Below, piece by piece: positions 30,488 through 45,789 of a stretch of DNA of 64,000 bases. Position 1 is the stretch's first letter; every line of letters starts with the position of its first letter. The DNA comes from the human T2T-CHM13v2.0 reference genome, Homo sapiens. The notes below the pieces were generated by a model, which saw only the letters and a program-made list of their open reading frames with translations, was not told the DNA's origin and made no database searches. The translations under genes were made by a program, and so were the position numbers. The stretch lies in assembly GCF_009914755.1 (NCBI RefSeq), contig NC_060932.1. One strand, 5' to 3'.

Positions 30488-33400
30488 GAGGGAGAGAGGA
30501 TTAAGATGGCATATAGGAGACAGGACTAGCTTGCAGCTCCCACTTGGACGGGCAGAGCGGCATGTGGTAACTTACATTGTGAACTTTTGCTCCAAGAATT
30601 ACCACAGGAACAACCAGGAAAGCCAAGAGAATCCACGGACCCTTTGAAGGAACTGAATCACCGCTGCAGGCTCCCTGAGATGCCAAAAACCTGAGAGTCT
30701 GATTGCTTTCTGCTTGCTTTCTCAGCAGGGAGGCTAGTGGTCTGGGGCAAGTCCTCACCCCTGGTCACTGGCTGCCTGGAAATAGACTCAGTGTGGTGTT
30801 GGGGGATCGGTCATGGTGGGAATGAGACTGGCCTTTAAGACTGCTGGCTGTGTGGGTGTGGAGTGAGTCCTGTGACTGCCAGCTTTCTCTCACTTCCCTG
30901 GTGACCTGTATGACTCAGCAGAGGTAGCCACAATCCTTCTGGAAATATAACTCCATTGGACTGGGAACCACACCCCTATCCCCACAGCAGCCACAGCAAG
31001 CCCTGCCCAAGGAGAGGCTGAGCTCAGACACACCTATATCTGCCCCCACCCACTGACCTTTCTCTACCAGCCCTGGTAGTGGAAGACAAAAGTTATAATC
31101 ACTTGGGAGTTCCATGGCCCTGCCCACTACCCTAGAAACCTGAATACTTAACCAGGTGTCCCTAGGGCAAGTTTACATCTTCCTTATAGGGGCCGCAGCT
31201 GATGCATGCTTGAAAGCACCACATCCTGCCTGGAGGCCAACCAACAAAAAACCAGAGCAATAAACAAAAACACAACCAAGGACCCTCACAGAGTACACTT
31301 CACTTCCCTGCTACCTCCACTGGAGCAGGTGCTGATATCTATCTACAGCTGCAAGACCTGAAGATGGATCACATCACAGGACTCTTTGCAGACACTCCCC
31401 GGTACCAGCCCGGAGCCCAGTAGCTCTACCGGGTGGTTAGACCCAGAAGAGCAAACACAATCACTACAGTTCAGCCCTCAGGAAGCCTCATTCCTAGGGG
31501 AAGAGGGAGAACACCACAAGGGAGCCCCCTGTGGGACAGAAGAATCTGAACAGCAGCTTTGAATCCCAGATCTTCACTCTGACATACTCTACCCAAAAGA
31601 AAAGAAACCAGAAAAACAATTCTGGCAATATGACAGAATAAGTTTCTTTAACTCTCTCAAAAGATCAACTAGCTCACCAGCAATGGATCCAAACCAAAAT
31701 GGAATTTCTGAATTGCCAGAAAAAGAATTCAGAAGTCGATTATTAAGCTAATCAAGGAGGCACCAGAGAAAGGTGAATTCCAACTTAAAGAAATAATAAT
31801 AAAAAAAAAGATACAGGATATGAAAGGAAAATTCTTCAGTGAAATAGATAGCATAAATAAAAAACAATTACAACTTCTGAAAATCAAGGTCACACTTATA
31901 GAAATGCAACATGCACTGGAAAGTCTCAGCAATAAAATAGAAAAAGCAGAAGAAAGAACTTCAGAGCTCAAAGGCAAGGCTTTCAAACTGACCCAATCTG
32001 TCACAGACAAATAAGAATTTTTAAAAATGAACAAAACCTCCAAGAAGTTTGAGACTATGTTAAACATCCAAACCTAAGAATAATTAGTGCTCCTGAGAAA
32101 GAAGAAAAATCTAAAAGTTTGAAAGACATATCTGAGGAATTAATCAAAGAAAATTTCCCGTCTTACTAGAGATCTAGACATCCAAATACAAGAAGCTCAA
32201 AGAACATGCAGGAAATTCATTGAAAAAAAGATTATTCCCTGCACACACAGTCACTGGGTTATCTAAAGTCAAGATGAAGGAAAAAATCTTAAGAGCTATG
32301 AGGCAAAAGCATCAGGTAACCTAGAAAGGAAAACCTATCAGATTAACAGCAGATTTCTCCGCAAAAGCCCTACAAGCTAGATTAACAGTAGATTTCTCAG
32401 CAGAACCCTGTGAGTTAAGGAGGTTATTTTTAGCCTCCTTAAACGAAACCATTATTAGCCAAGAATTTTGTATCAGCAAAACGAAGCTTCATAAATGAAG
32501 GAAAGATACAGTCTTTCCCAAACAAATGCTGAGAGAATTCACCACTACCAAGCCAGCACTACAAGAACTGCTAAAAGGAGCTTTAAATCCTGAAACAAAT
32601 CCTCAAAATGCACCAAAATAGAATGTCCTTAAAACATAAATCTCACAGGACCTGTATAACAATAACACAATAAAAACAACAACAAGGTATTTCAGGCAAC
32701 AAATAGCATGATGAATAGAATAGTATCTCTCATCTCAATACTAACATTAAAAGATACAGAATGGCAGAATGGATAAGAATTCACCAAAGAAGTTTCTGCT
32801 GTCTTCAGGAGACTTGCCTAACACATATGGACTCACATAAACTGAATGTAAAGGGGTGGAAAAAGACATTCCATGCAAAAGACACAAAAAAGCAAGCAGA
32901 AGTAGCTATTCTTATATCAGACAAAACAAAGCTTTAAAGCAACAGCAGTTAAAAAAGACAAAGAGAGGCATTATATAATGATAAAAGGACTAGTCCAACA
33001 AGAAAATACCACAATTCTAAATAAATATGCACCTAACACTGGAACTCCCAAATTTACAAAACAATTACTACTAAACCTGAGAAATGAAATAGACAACACA
33101 ATAATAGTTGTGGAATTTAATACTCCACTGACAGCACTAGACAGATCATCAAGACAGAAAGTCAACAAAGAAACAGTGGACTTAAACTATACAACAAATG
33201 GGCTTAACAGATATTTACAGAACATTCTGCCCAACAACTACAGAATGTACATTCTATTCATCAGCACATGGAATATTCTCCAAAACAGACCATACAGTAG
33301 GACACAAAAAAAGTCTTAGTAAATTTTTAAAAATTGAAATTGTATCAAGTACTCACTCAGACCACAGTGGAATAAAATTGTAAATCAACTCCAGAAGGAC

Positions 33401-36400
33401 CCTTCAAAGCCATGCAAATACATGGAAATTAAATAACCTGCTCCTGAATGATCATTGGGTCAACAATGAAATCAAAATTGAAATTTAAAAAATTACTCGA
33501 ACTGAACAATAATAGTGACACAACCTATCAAAACTTCTGGGATACAGCAAAAGCAGTGCTAAGAGGAAAGCTCATAGCCTTAAATGTCTACATCAAAAAG
33601 TCTGAAAGAGCACAAATAGACAATCTAAGGTCACACCTCATGGAACTCAAGACAGAAGAATAATCCAAACCCAAAGCCAGCAGAAGAAAAGAAATAACAT
33701 AGATCAGAGCAGAACTAAATGAAATTGAAACAACAACAACAAAAATGTACAAAAAATAAATCAAACAAAAATCTGGTTCTCGAAAATAAATAAAATTGAT
33801 AGCCTATTAGCAAGATTAACCAAGGAAAGAAGAGAGAAGATCTAAATAAGCTCAATTACAAATGAAATGTGAGACATTACAACTGATACCACAGAAATAC
33901 AAAAGATTATTCAAGGCTACTATGAACCCTTTTAAGGGCACAAACTAGAAAACCTAGAGGAGATGGATAAATTCCTAGAAATATACAACCCTCTTAAATT
34001 AAACCAGGAAGATACAGAATCCTTGAACTGACCAATAACAAGCAGAGATACTGAAATGGTAATTTAAAAATTTGCCAACAATAAAAAGTCTAGGACCAGA
34101 CAGATTCACAGCTAGATTCTATCCATTGACAATCTTATTGACACTATTCCAAAAGATAAAGAGGGAATCCTCCCTAAATCATTCTATGAAGCCAGTATCA
34201 CCCTAATACCAAAACCAGGGAAGGACATAGCAACAACAAAAAACTAAGACCAATATCCCTGATGAACATAGATATAAAAATCCACAACAAAATACTAGCA
34301 AATGGAATCCAATACTATATTAAAAAGATAGTCCACCATGATCCAGTTGGTTTCATACCAGGGATGCAGGGATAGTTTAACATAAGTAAGTCAATAAATG
34401 TGATATACCACATAAACAGAATTAAAAACAAAAATCACATGATCATCTCCATAGATGCAGAAAAGGCATTTGACAAAATCCAGCATCTCTTTATGATTAA
34501 AACCCTCAGCAAAATCAGCATAGAAGGGACATACCTTGAAGTAATCAAAGCCGTCTACAACAACCCTATAGCCAATATGATACTGAATGAGAAGTTGAAA
34601 GCATTCCCTCTGAGAAATGGAATAAGGAAAGGATGCCCACTTTCACCACTTCTATTCAATGTAGTACTAGAAGTCCTAGCCAGAGCAATCAGAAAAGAGA
34701 AAGAAATCAAGGGCATCTAAATCACACTAAAGAAAAAGTCAAACTGTCCCTGTTTGCTGATGATATGATCACATATCTAGATACCCTAAAGACTCATCCA
34801 AAAGTCTCCTAAAACTGGTAAATGAATTCAGCAAAGTTTCAAGATGCAAAATTTAGGTACACAAATCAGTAGCTCTGCTATACACCAGCAGCAACCAAGC
34901 TGAGAATCAAATCAAGAACTCAACCCCTTTCACTATAGCTGCAAAAAATAAAATAAAATAAAATACTTAGGAATATACCTAATGAAGGATGTCAAAGACC
35001 TCTACAAGGAAAACTACAAAACAGTCCTGAAAGAAATCACAGATGACACAAACAAATGGAAACACATCCCATGCTCATGAATGGTCAGAATGAATATCAT
35101 GTATATGACCATGCTGCCAAAAACAATCTACAAATTCAATACAGTTCCCATCAAAATACCATCATCATTCTTCACACTAGAAAAACAATCCTCTACTTCA
35201 TATGGAACCATAAAAGAGCTTGCATAGCCAAAGCAAGACTAAGCAAAAAGAACAAATCTGGGGGCATCACATTACCCAACTTCAAGCTATCCTACAAGGC
35301 CATAGTCACCAAAACAGCATCGTACTAGTATAAAAACAGGCCTATAGACCAACGGAACAGAATAGAGAACCCACAAATAAAGCCAAATACTTACAGCCAA
35401 CTGATCTTTGACAAAATAAACAAAAACATAAAGTGGCAAAAGGACACCCTATTTGACAAATGGTGCTGGGATAATTGGCAAGCCACAGCTAGAAGAATGA
35501 AACTGGATCCTCATCTCTTAACTTATTAAAGAAATCAACTCAAAATGAATCAAAGACTTAAATCTGAGGCCTAAAACCATAAAGATTCTGGAAGATAACA
35601 TCAGAAAAACCCCTCTAGACATTGGCTTAGGCAAAGACCTCATGACCAAGTACCCAAAAGCAAATGCAACAAAACAAAAAAAGATAAATAGATACAACTT
35701 AATTAAACTAGAAAGCTTCTGCACAGCAAAAGAAATAATCACCAGAGTTAACAGGTATATTACAGAGTGGGAGAAAATCTTCACAGTATATACATCCAAC
35801 AAAGGCCTAATATCCAGAATCTACAAAGAACTCAAACAAATCAGCAAGAGTGAAACAAACAATCCCATCAAAAAGTGGGCTAAGGACATGAATAGACAGT
35901 TCTCAAAAGAAGATATACAAATGGCTAACAAGCATATAGAAAAATGCTTGACATCACTAATTATCAGGGAACTGCAACTCCAAACCCACAATGTGTTACC
36001 ACCTCACTCCTGCAAGAATGGCAGTAATCAAAAAAAATCAAAAAGTAATAGATGTTGGCAGGGATGTGGTGAAAGGGGAACACTTTCACCTTGGTGGGAA
36101 TGTAAACTAGTACAACCACTATGGAAAACAGTGTGAAGATTCTTTAAAGAACTAAAAGTAGATTTATTGTTTGATCCAGCAATGCCACTACTAGGTATCT
36201 ACCAAGAGAAAAAGAAGTCATTATATGAAAAAAATACTTGCACACACACATGTTTATAGCAGCACAATTTGCAACTGCAAAACTATGGAACCAGCCCAAA
36301 TGCCTATCAATCAAAGAGTACCTAAAGAAAATGTGGTACATATATACCATAGATTACTATTCGGCCATAAAAAGGAATGAAATAATGGCATTTGTAGCAA

Positions 36401-36708
36401 CCTAGATGGAACTGGAGACTATTATTCTAAGTGAAGTAACTCAGGAATGGAAAACCAAACATGTGTTCTCACTCCTATGTGGGAGCTAAGCTATGAGGAC
36501 GCAAAGGCAGAAATAAGAGTGATACATTTGACTTTGGGGACTCAGGGGAAAGGGTTGGGGGTAGTGAGGGATAAAAGACTACATATCGGGTACAGTGCAC
36601 ACTGCTCGAGTAATTGGTGCACCAAAATCTCAGATATCAACACTAAAGAACTTGTTCATGTAACCAAATATCACTTGTTCCCCAAAAACCTATTGAAATA
36701 AAAAAAAT
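30488..36708 (+). mobile_element. Near full-length (~6.2 kb) L1PB-type LINE-1, both ORFs disrupted
   Basis: 5'UTR (aagatggc...ggactagcttgcagctcccac), ORF1 fragments, EN (NKYAPNTG), RT ([28 protein letters not shown]), L1PB-type 3'UTR and A-tail. Confidence 0.93.
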
Positions 36709-37721
36709 TAAAAATTAATAACTGAAGATTTACCAAATCTGAGGAGAGAAATAAACATCCAGACTCAAAAAGTCCATAAAACCTCAACTAGGTTGAGCAT
36801 ACAAAGGTTTATATCAAGACCCATTTTAATTGAACTATGAAAAGTCTGAGAAAAGGAGACAATTTCAAAAGCAGCAAGAGAAAATGACTTATCATATACA
36901 AGGCAAATTCACAAGACTATCAGCAGATTTCTCGACAGAAATCTTGCAGGCCAGGAAAATGTGAAATGATATATTCAAAGTATTGGAGGAAAAAGATTGC
37001 TAAACAATAGTATTATACCCTGCAAAGCTATTTTTTAATAGCTGCTCTTTAAAAATGAAGGGGAGACAAATTCTTTCCAAGAGAGAGGGACTTTGTCACT
37101 ACTTAACCTATCTTACAAAAAATGCTTAAGGAAGGCCTTCAAGCAATGTAAAAGCATATGAAGGTAGAAATCTCACAGGCAAAGTAATACACAGTCAAAT
37201 ACAGAATAATAAACACTGTAATGGTGGTGTCTAAAATACTTACAACACGCAAGATAAAGGTTTGGTTAAATTATTAAAAATAACTATACTAAAATTTGAT
37301 AATGAATTTAGAATATAAATTTGATAAATAATTCACAATGAATGAAATCAGAGTAATCTCTGACTTGAACATGTAGTGTGAATGGGGCAGGTAAGAATGC
37401 AGAGTTTTTTTTAATACAATTTAAGTTGTTATCAACTGAAATAGAAGTTTATAACTACAAGAAAGCTTATGTAAGCCTTAAACCCACAAAGAAAAACCTA
37501 TAGCAGATAAACAAAAGATGAAGTGAAAGTAATCAATTCAAACCACTACAAAAAAATCATCAAATAATAAAGACAGTAAGAGACAAAAAGAGAAACAAAA
37601 GAGCTGCAAAAGAGACAGAAAACAATTAATAAAATGGCAATAGTGAGACATCAATAATCACTTTATATGTAAATGAACTAAACTCTTCCATCAAAAGGCA
37701 TAGTGTACTTGACTGGATATT

Positions 37722-40700
37722 ATTTTATTTTATATTTTTACATTGTAGATTCAGGAGGTATAAGTGCAGGTTTGTTACATGAGTATATTGCATGATGCTA
37801 AAGTTTGGGCTTCTAATCATCCTGTCACCCCAGTGGCTAACATATTACCTGATAAGCATTTTTTAAACTCTTGCTCATCCCTCCCTCTCCCCTTAAAGAA
37901 TCCCTAGTGTCTACTGTCTCTATCTTTGTGTCTGTGTGTACTCAATTTTCTCACTTATAAGTGAGAAAATGAAGTAATTGGCTTCTTGTTTCTGTGTTAA
38001 TTCACTTAGGATAATGGCCTCCAGCCATACCCATGTTGTTGCAAAGGACATAGATTCACTCTTTTTTCATGGCTGCATAGTGTTCCATAATGTGGATGTA
38101 TCACATTTTCTTTATCCAGTCTACCATTGGTGAGCATCTGGGTTGATTTCATGTCTTTGCTGTTGTGAGCAGTTCTGCAATAAACATACAAGTGCAAGTG
38201 TCTTTTTGGTAGAACTATTTATTTTCCTTTGGGTAGATACCAAATAATGGGATTGCTGGATTGATGGTAATTCTATTTTTAGTTCTTTGAGAAATCTCCA
38301 CATTACTTTCCATGGTGGCTGAACAAATTTGCATTCCTATCAACAGTGTATAAGCATTCCCTTTTATTCACAACCTCGCCAAAATCAGTTATTTTTTGAC
38401 TTTTTAATAATAGCCATTCCGACTGGAATGAGATGGTATCTCATTGTGGTTTTGATTTGCACCTCTGTGGTGATTAGTGATGTAGAGCATCTTTTCATAT
38501 ATGTGTTGGTCACTCGTACGTCTTTTTTTGAGAAGTGTCTGTTCGTGTCCATTGTCCACTTTTTAATGGTGTTATTTGTTGTATTTTCTTGTTGATTTAA
38601 GTACCTTACAGATTGTGGGTATTAAACCTTGGCCAAATGCATACTTTGCAAATACTTTCTCCCATTATGTAGGATGTCTGTTTACTTTGTTGACAGTTTC
38701 TTTTGCTTGCAGAAACTCTTCAGTATAATTAAGTCCCATTTGTCTACTTTTAATTTGTTACATTTGCTTTTTGAGCCTTCTTCATAAATCATTTTCCTAG
38801 ATTAATGTCTAGAAGAGTATTTCCTAGGCTTTCTTCTAGGATTTTTATAGTTTGAGAACTTACATTTAAGTCTTTAAACCATCTTCAGTTAATTTTTGTA
38901 CACAGTGAGAGGTATGTGTACAGTTTCATTCTTCTGCATATGGATAGCCAGTTTTCCCAGTACCATTTATTGAACAGGGTATCACTTCCCCATTATTTTT
39001 GTTGACTTTGTCAAAGATCAGTCGGTTATAGGTGTGCAGCTTTATTTCAGGGATCTCCATTCTGTTCCATTGGTCTACATGTTTATTTTTGTACTAGTAC
39101 CTGCTATTTCAGTTACTGTGACCATGTAGTATAGTTTGAGCTTGGTGAGATGTGATGCCTCAAACTATACTTTTTGCTTAGAATTGTTTTGGCCATTACG
39201 ACTCTTTTTTAGTTCCATATGAATTTTAGAATATTTTTCTAATTCTGTAAAAAATGACATTGATAATTTGATAGGAATAGCATTAAATCTGTAGATTGTT
39301 TTGGACAGCCTGGCCATTTAATTGATATTGATTATTCCAATCCATAAGCACGAAATGCTTTTCCATTTATTTGCATCATCTATGATTTATTTTAGCAGTG
39401 TTTTGTAGTTTTCCTCATAGAATTCTCTCACCTCCTTAGTTAGATGTATTCCTAAGGATTTTATTTTTCTGCGTGGCTATTGTAAATGGATTGCATTCTT
39501 GATTTGGTTATCAGCTTGAACATTATTGGAGTATAGAAATGCTACTGACTTTTGTATGTTGAATTCATATCCTAAGACTTGGCTGAAGTATTTTAACAGA
39601 TCTAGAAGTCTTTTGGCAGGATCTTTATGGTTTTCTAGGTATATAATTGTATCATCAGTGAAGACAGATAATTTAACTTCCACTTTTTCTATTTGGATGT
39701 TTTGCATTTCTTTCTCTTGCCTGATTGTTCTGGCAAGAACTATGTTGAATAGAAGTGGTGAGAGTGGACATCCTTGTCTTGTTCCAGGTTTTAGAAAGAA
39801 TGCTTATAACTTGTTCAGTATAATGTTGGCTCTTGGTCTGTTATAAATACCCCTCATTATTTTGAGGTGTGTTCCTTCAATACCAAGTTTATTGAGAGAT
39901 TTTATCATGAAGGGATGCTGGATTTTATCAAAATTTTTCCTGTGGCTTTTGAGATCATCATGTGGTTTTTTCATTTTGCTTATGGTTGTAAATCACATTT
40001 ATTGATTTGTATATGTTGTACCCCACTTTTATCCTGGCAATAAAACCTACTTGATAATGGTGAATTAGCTTTGTGATGTGCTGCGGGATTTGGTTTGCTA
40101 GTATTTTATGGAGGATTTTTCATCTACGTTCATCAGGGATATTGGCCTGTAGCTTACTTTTTTGTTGTGTTTTTGCCAGATTTTGGTATCAGGATAATAC
40201 CAGTTTCATGGAATGAGTTAGGGAAGACTCCCTTTTCCTCAATTTTTTGGAATAAATGTATTATGATTGGTATCAGGACGTTTTTATATGTCTGGCAGAA
40301 TTTGACTACGAATCCATCTAGTCCAGGGACTTTTTGGATTGGTAGGGTTTTTTGTTTTTCTTATGGATTCATTTTCATTATTTATCATTAGTCTGTTCAA
40401 TATTTCTGTTTCTTCCTGGTTCAATCTTTGAAAGTAGTTCTTTCCAGGAATTTATGCATTTCCTTTAGGTTTTCTAGTTTGTGTGTATAGAGATGTTCAT
40501 AATAGTCCCTGAGGACCTTTTGCATTTCTGTGGGATCAGAAATAAACTCTTGTCATTTCTGATTGTGCTTATTTGGATCTTTATTTTTTCTCTCTGTTAA
40601 CTTACCTAGTGGTCTATCAATGTTGTTGATGAAATGAAAGAACTTTTCATTTCATTGATCTTTTGCCTGTTTTTTGGGGGGCCTAAATTTCACTTCATTC

Positions 40701-41266
40701 TTCTCTGATTGTAGTTATTTCTTTTCTTTTGTTAATTTTGGGTTTAGTTTCTTTTGTTTTTCTAGTTCCTTCATGTGCGAGGTTAGGTTGTTTATTTGCA
40801 AACTTTCTATCTTCTTGATGTAGGCATTTAGTGCTATAAACTTCCCTCTTAACAGTGTTATTGCTGTATCCCAGAGGTTTTTGTCTGTTCTTTCTCTATT
40901 TTCATTTGCTTCAAAGATTGTTTTGATTTCTGCCTTAGTTTTGTTGCTTACCCAAAAGTAAGCTGTAAGTTGTTTAGTTTCGATTAACTTGTGTGGTTTT
41001 GAGAGTTCCTCTTTGTATTGATTTCTATTTTTATTTCACTGTGGTTCATGAAGATGCTTGGTATAATTTATATTTGAATGTATTGAGACTTGATTTATGA
41101 CTGAGCATGTGGTCAATCTTAGTCAATCTTATGGTATGTTTCATGTGCAGATGAGAAGAAAGTATATTCCATGGTTGTTGCAAGGAGTATTCTGTAGATT
41201 TCTATTATGTCGAATTGCTCCATGTCAAATTTAAGTCCAGAATTTATTCCCAAAGTGCTGGTATTA
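37722..41266 (-). mobile_element. 5'-truncated older L1PA (about L1PA15/16-like), antisense to the host L1
   Basis: T-rich tail at 37722, 3'UTR gtgcaggtttgttacatgagtatattgcatgatgct, and ORF2 fragments on the minus strand ([14 protein letters not shown]). Confidence 0.9.
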
Positions 41267-41311
41267 CAGACATGAGCCACCATGCTCGGTCCCTATTTTC
41301 AATAATGAATA
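41267..41311 (-). mobile_element. Alu 5'-end remnant (~45 bp)
   Basis: tcccaaagtgctggtattacagacatgagccaccatgctcggtc is the reverse complement of Alu positions ~1-45. Confidence 0.85.
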
Positions 41312-44124
41312 GAACATCCAGACAGAAAATCAATAAGAAAACAGCAGCCATGAGCAACAATAGACCAAATGTACTTAACAGAAAAATGCAGAACTTTCCA
41401 CCCAACAGCAGAATGCATATTCTTCTCAAGTTCACATGAAACCTTCTCCAGAACAGATCACATGTCAGGTGACAAAACAAGTCTTAGCAAATATAAGAAT
41501 ATTAAAATAATACCAAATGTCTTCTCAGAGCACAACGTAATAAAACAATAGATCAAAAATAGAAAGCAAACAAGAAAATTTGCAAATATATGGAAACCAA
41601 ATGACACTCTCTTGAACAATCATTGAGTAAAAGAGAACATCAAGAGAATATTTTTAAAATACCTTGATACAAACAAAAATGCAAATAAAATCATCAGAAT
41701 TTATGGAATGTTGTGAAAACATTATTAAGAGTTTATAGCACTGAAGACCAACTTTTTTAAAAAGAAAGATCTGTATAAATCAATACAATTTTACAACTGA
41801 AAGAACTAAAATAAACACAAAGTCAGCAAAAAAAAAAGGAAATAATGCTGACTATAGCAAAAGTACACAAGGTAGGGAGTAGAAAAACAAACAGAAAAAA
41901 AAAAAAACCAAAAATTTTTTTTAAAGATAAATGAAATTGAGCAACACTTATCTAAGATAAAAAGGGAGAACACTCAAATAAACAAAATCAAAAATTGAAG
42001 GGTAAACATTGCAATGCATAACACAGAAATAAAAAAGATCACAGGGGATTATCATGAACAATTATATGCCAGCAAATTGGATAACCTGGAAGACTTGGAT
42101 AAATTCCTAGAAACATACAATTTACCAAGACTAATTCAAGAAGAAATAGAAAGCCTGCACAAACCATTAACAAAAATATTAAATCTGCTCTCAAAAACTC
42201 TTCAACAAAGAATAGCACAGTATCAGGTGGCTTCATGGGAAAAGTCTACCAAACTTCCAAAGAATGAATATCAACCCCTTTTATACCCTTCCAAAAGATA
42301 GAGAAACAAACACCGTCAAATTCATTTTGTGTGGCTTGATTCCAAAGCCAGGAAAAGGAAATACAAGAAAAGAAAACTACAAACCATATCGCTGAACAAA
42401 GCTGGAGCCATCACACTATCTGTTCTCAAAATGTGTTACATAGCTATAGTAATCAAAATATCATGTTACTGGCACAATAAAGACATATAGACCAATGGAC
42501 AGAATAGAGGACCAAGAAATAAAACCACACATTTACAGTTAACTGATCTTTGGCACAGGTGTCAAGAACACACAATGGGGAAAGGACAATCTCTTTAACA
42601 AATGGTGTTGGGACAACTGGATATACGCATGCAGAAGAATGAAATTAGACCCTTATTTCACCACATATTTCACAAAAATCAACTCAAAATGCTTAAAATA
42701 CTTTTGTCTTATACTTGAAACTAAAACTTCTGGAAGAAAACATGAAAAAAACCATCTTGGCATTGGTCTTGGCAATAACTTTCTGGATATTACATGAAAA
42801 ACACAGGCAACAAAAGCAAAAAAAGGCAAATGAGATTACATCAGACTAAAAGTCTCCTGCATAGCAAAGGGAACAATCAACAAAACCACAAGGCAATATT
42901 AAGAATGGGAAAAATATTTCCAACCCATATAACTGATAAGAAGTTAATACCCAAAATATATAAAGGACTTATGCAATTCAGTACCAAAAGAAAAACTCAA
43001 TTAAAAAATAGTCAAAAAGACTTAAATAAACACTTTTCAAAAGAATATATTCAGATGGTCAAAAAGTACATGAAAAGTTACTCAAAATCTCTAAACATTA
43101 GGGAAATACAAACCAAACAAAAATTGACACATCACCTCAAACATGTTAGAATGTCTGTTACCCAAAAGACAAAAGATATCAAGCGTTAGGATGTGGAGAA
43201 AAGGCAACCTTGTATACTGTTGGTAGAAATGTAAATTGATATAGCCATTATGGCAAAGAGTATACATGTTCCTTAAAAAATCAAAAACTATCACATGACC
43301 CAGTAATCCTACTACTGGGTATACATCCAAATAAGTTGAAAACAGAATCTTTCCCATGTTAATTGTAGCAGTATTCACAACAGCCAAGATATCTGGCATA
43401 TTATTTAGCCTTCAAAAGGAAGAAAATTCCGCCATAGGTGCAGCTGGAGGCCATTACACTAAGCAAAATAAGTAACACAGAGAAAGTGAAATACTGCATG
43501 ATGTCACATACATGTGGAATCTAAAATAGTCAAACTTACAGAAGCAGAAAGAGTAGAATGGTTGTTTGCAGGGGACTGAAGGGAGGAACATATGGGGTAA
43601 TGTTGGTCAAAGGATATGAATCTTCATTTATGCAAGATGAATAATTTCTGGAGATCTAATGTACACTGTGATAATGATAATTAAAAACAGTATATTGCAA
43701 ACTTGAAATTTCCTGAAAAGATAAATTAAGTCTTCTCACCATACATACATAAGTGGTAAATATGTAGAGGCAATAAATATGTTAATTAGCTGGAATTTAC
43801 AATGTATATGTATATCAAAACATCAAATTGTACACCTTAAATACATAAAATGTTGTCAATAGTCTGTCAATAAACCTGTTAAAAATATTATGAATTTGAT
43901 TGTGCTGATGGTTACACAACTCTGTGGATATACCAAAATCTATTGAATCTGTACACTTTATATAGGTGAATTGTTTGTGAATTTTATCTCAATAAAGCTT
44001 TTTACCACAAAAAAATAAATAAATTTTTTAAAAAAGGCAATCATGTTCCAGAATCCACGTTCTGTTTGCTTTTCAGAAACCATGTTTTTGATTATTATCC
44101 TGCACTGCCTCTCATGCTAATTTA

Positions 44125-44452
<328 letters not shown>

Positions 44453-44866
44453 AGAGTGGGAGCATTTTTCAGTGAAAATCCTAATTAGCACATATGTTAA
44501 TTGTCTTGATTTAGCCATTTCACAATATATACATATTTCAACGTATCATCTTGTACACAATAAATATATACAGTTTTCATCAATTTAAAACATTAGTTAA
44601 TATAAAATAAAACAAAATAAGATTTTACGTTTTTTTTTTTTAAAAAAAATACTAATTAGTATATGCTTAGGTCACTGAGCTGACATCTGGCCCACCAGAC
44701 AGGGTGGAGACAAAATAGTGTATCCCATTTATAGGTACAGTCATCAGAGCTGATCAAATTCAGTGAAAAAAGAAAACAAAAGAGGAATCTTGAGTCCTTT
44801 TGAACCAGATATTTAAAGTTTTAGTTTTCTTAATCAAGAAATATAATTTTTTTTTAGTAGTAGTAC

Positions 44867-45240
44867 CTTTAATATCTGATATGAGCAGTATCACACAAGG
44901 AGAAAATAGTAAATTACAACTAGCAAATCACCACTGATAAAAGAGAATAAAATTGTACCATGTCAGGCTTAAAGAATATAAACACGGTTGCCGTGAACAT
45001 TATGAATACAGTTAGGTGTGAGATAGCTACTGCATTTTTATTCTTATTGTCATGGCTGTGGGACAGGAGTAAGAAGAATTCTCCATTGTCAGGCATGTAC
45101 CTGATCCCCTAATCCTGGAGACAAAAATCTGTGCTGGCCATGATGCCCACAGTGAGTGCTGCCCAGTATGACTGTGCAGTGGCAGTATCAGGTGTGGATT
45201 CTTCAGTGGGGTCCCTGCCAGGGTGGCTATGCTCAGAATT
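44867..45240 (-). pseudogene. Possible decayed exon (5' limit uncertain; internal acceptor at 45116-45115)
   Basis: Non-repeat island ending at AAAG|GTACTA. Cys-containing frame YCHCTVILGSTHCGHHGQHRFLSPGLGDQVHA*QWRILL...CSSYLTPNCIHNVHGNRVYIL. Confidence 0.3.
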
Positions 45241-45789
45241 CAGTAAGTGTGCTGGGCTTCTTGGTTAAGTATTGATGGTGGAAAAGTGTGTTTGTTTAAA
45301 GCTTAGGCAATATTTCAATATCACAGCCCGTTGTTTTCCTTATGTATTAAAAGAACCACCAGGTGATAAGCTGCTCTCCTTTGAAGCCTTTCATAACAAC
45401 TTTTTCACCTTTTGCCTGTGTATCACCTTTTCCTGCCTAATAAATCACCTCAAAACTTAGCGTTTTAAAACACCTAAAATTTATTTATTAATAGCTCACA
45501 ATTCTGTAACTTCGCTGGGTGGTTCTTTGGCTGGCCTGGCATATGCTCATTCATGTGCCTCTATCTAGTTGGCTTCCAGATCAGCTCAGGGTTGGTTGCT
45601 CAAGGGGGCCTCACCTGGGGTGGCTACTTCAGGCTCCAAGGGTCTCTCATCATCTCCGGGACTAGGCTGGATTGTTCCTATGGTCTCAGAAGGGCTCCAA
45701 GAGTTGCCTCTGAATAATGAAATCTTCCAGGTCTTCTGGCCTGGTCTCCATCTTCTATTGTTACTGGAAGATTGCAAAGAGGCCATAGC

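Larger units (their letters stand above)
27205..43880 (+). mobile_element. Old host L1M, fragmented by nested insertions (pieces ~27205-28899, 30253-30487, 36710-37720, 41293-43880)
   Basis: 5'UTR, ORF1, ORF2 and 3'UTR pieces occur in collinear order between the inserts (e.g. YEQLYASKLDNLEDLDKFLETYNLPRL at ~42050). Confidence 0.75.

Noticed and set aside
30488-36708. Potentially active LINE-1
   Set aside because: ORF1 and ORF2 are broken into short fragments by many stops and frameshifts.
44922-45096. 58 aa minus-strand frame (..AISHLTVFIMFTATVFIFFKP..) resembling olfactory receptor TM6
   Set aside because: Spacing from the putative TM5 is wrong, and no other OR motifs (MAYDRY, PMLNP) or ~900 bp single exon are present.
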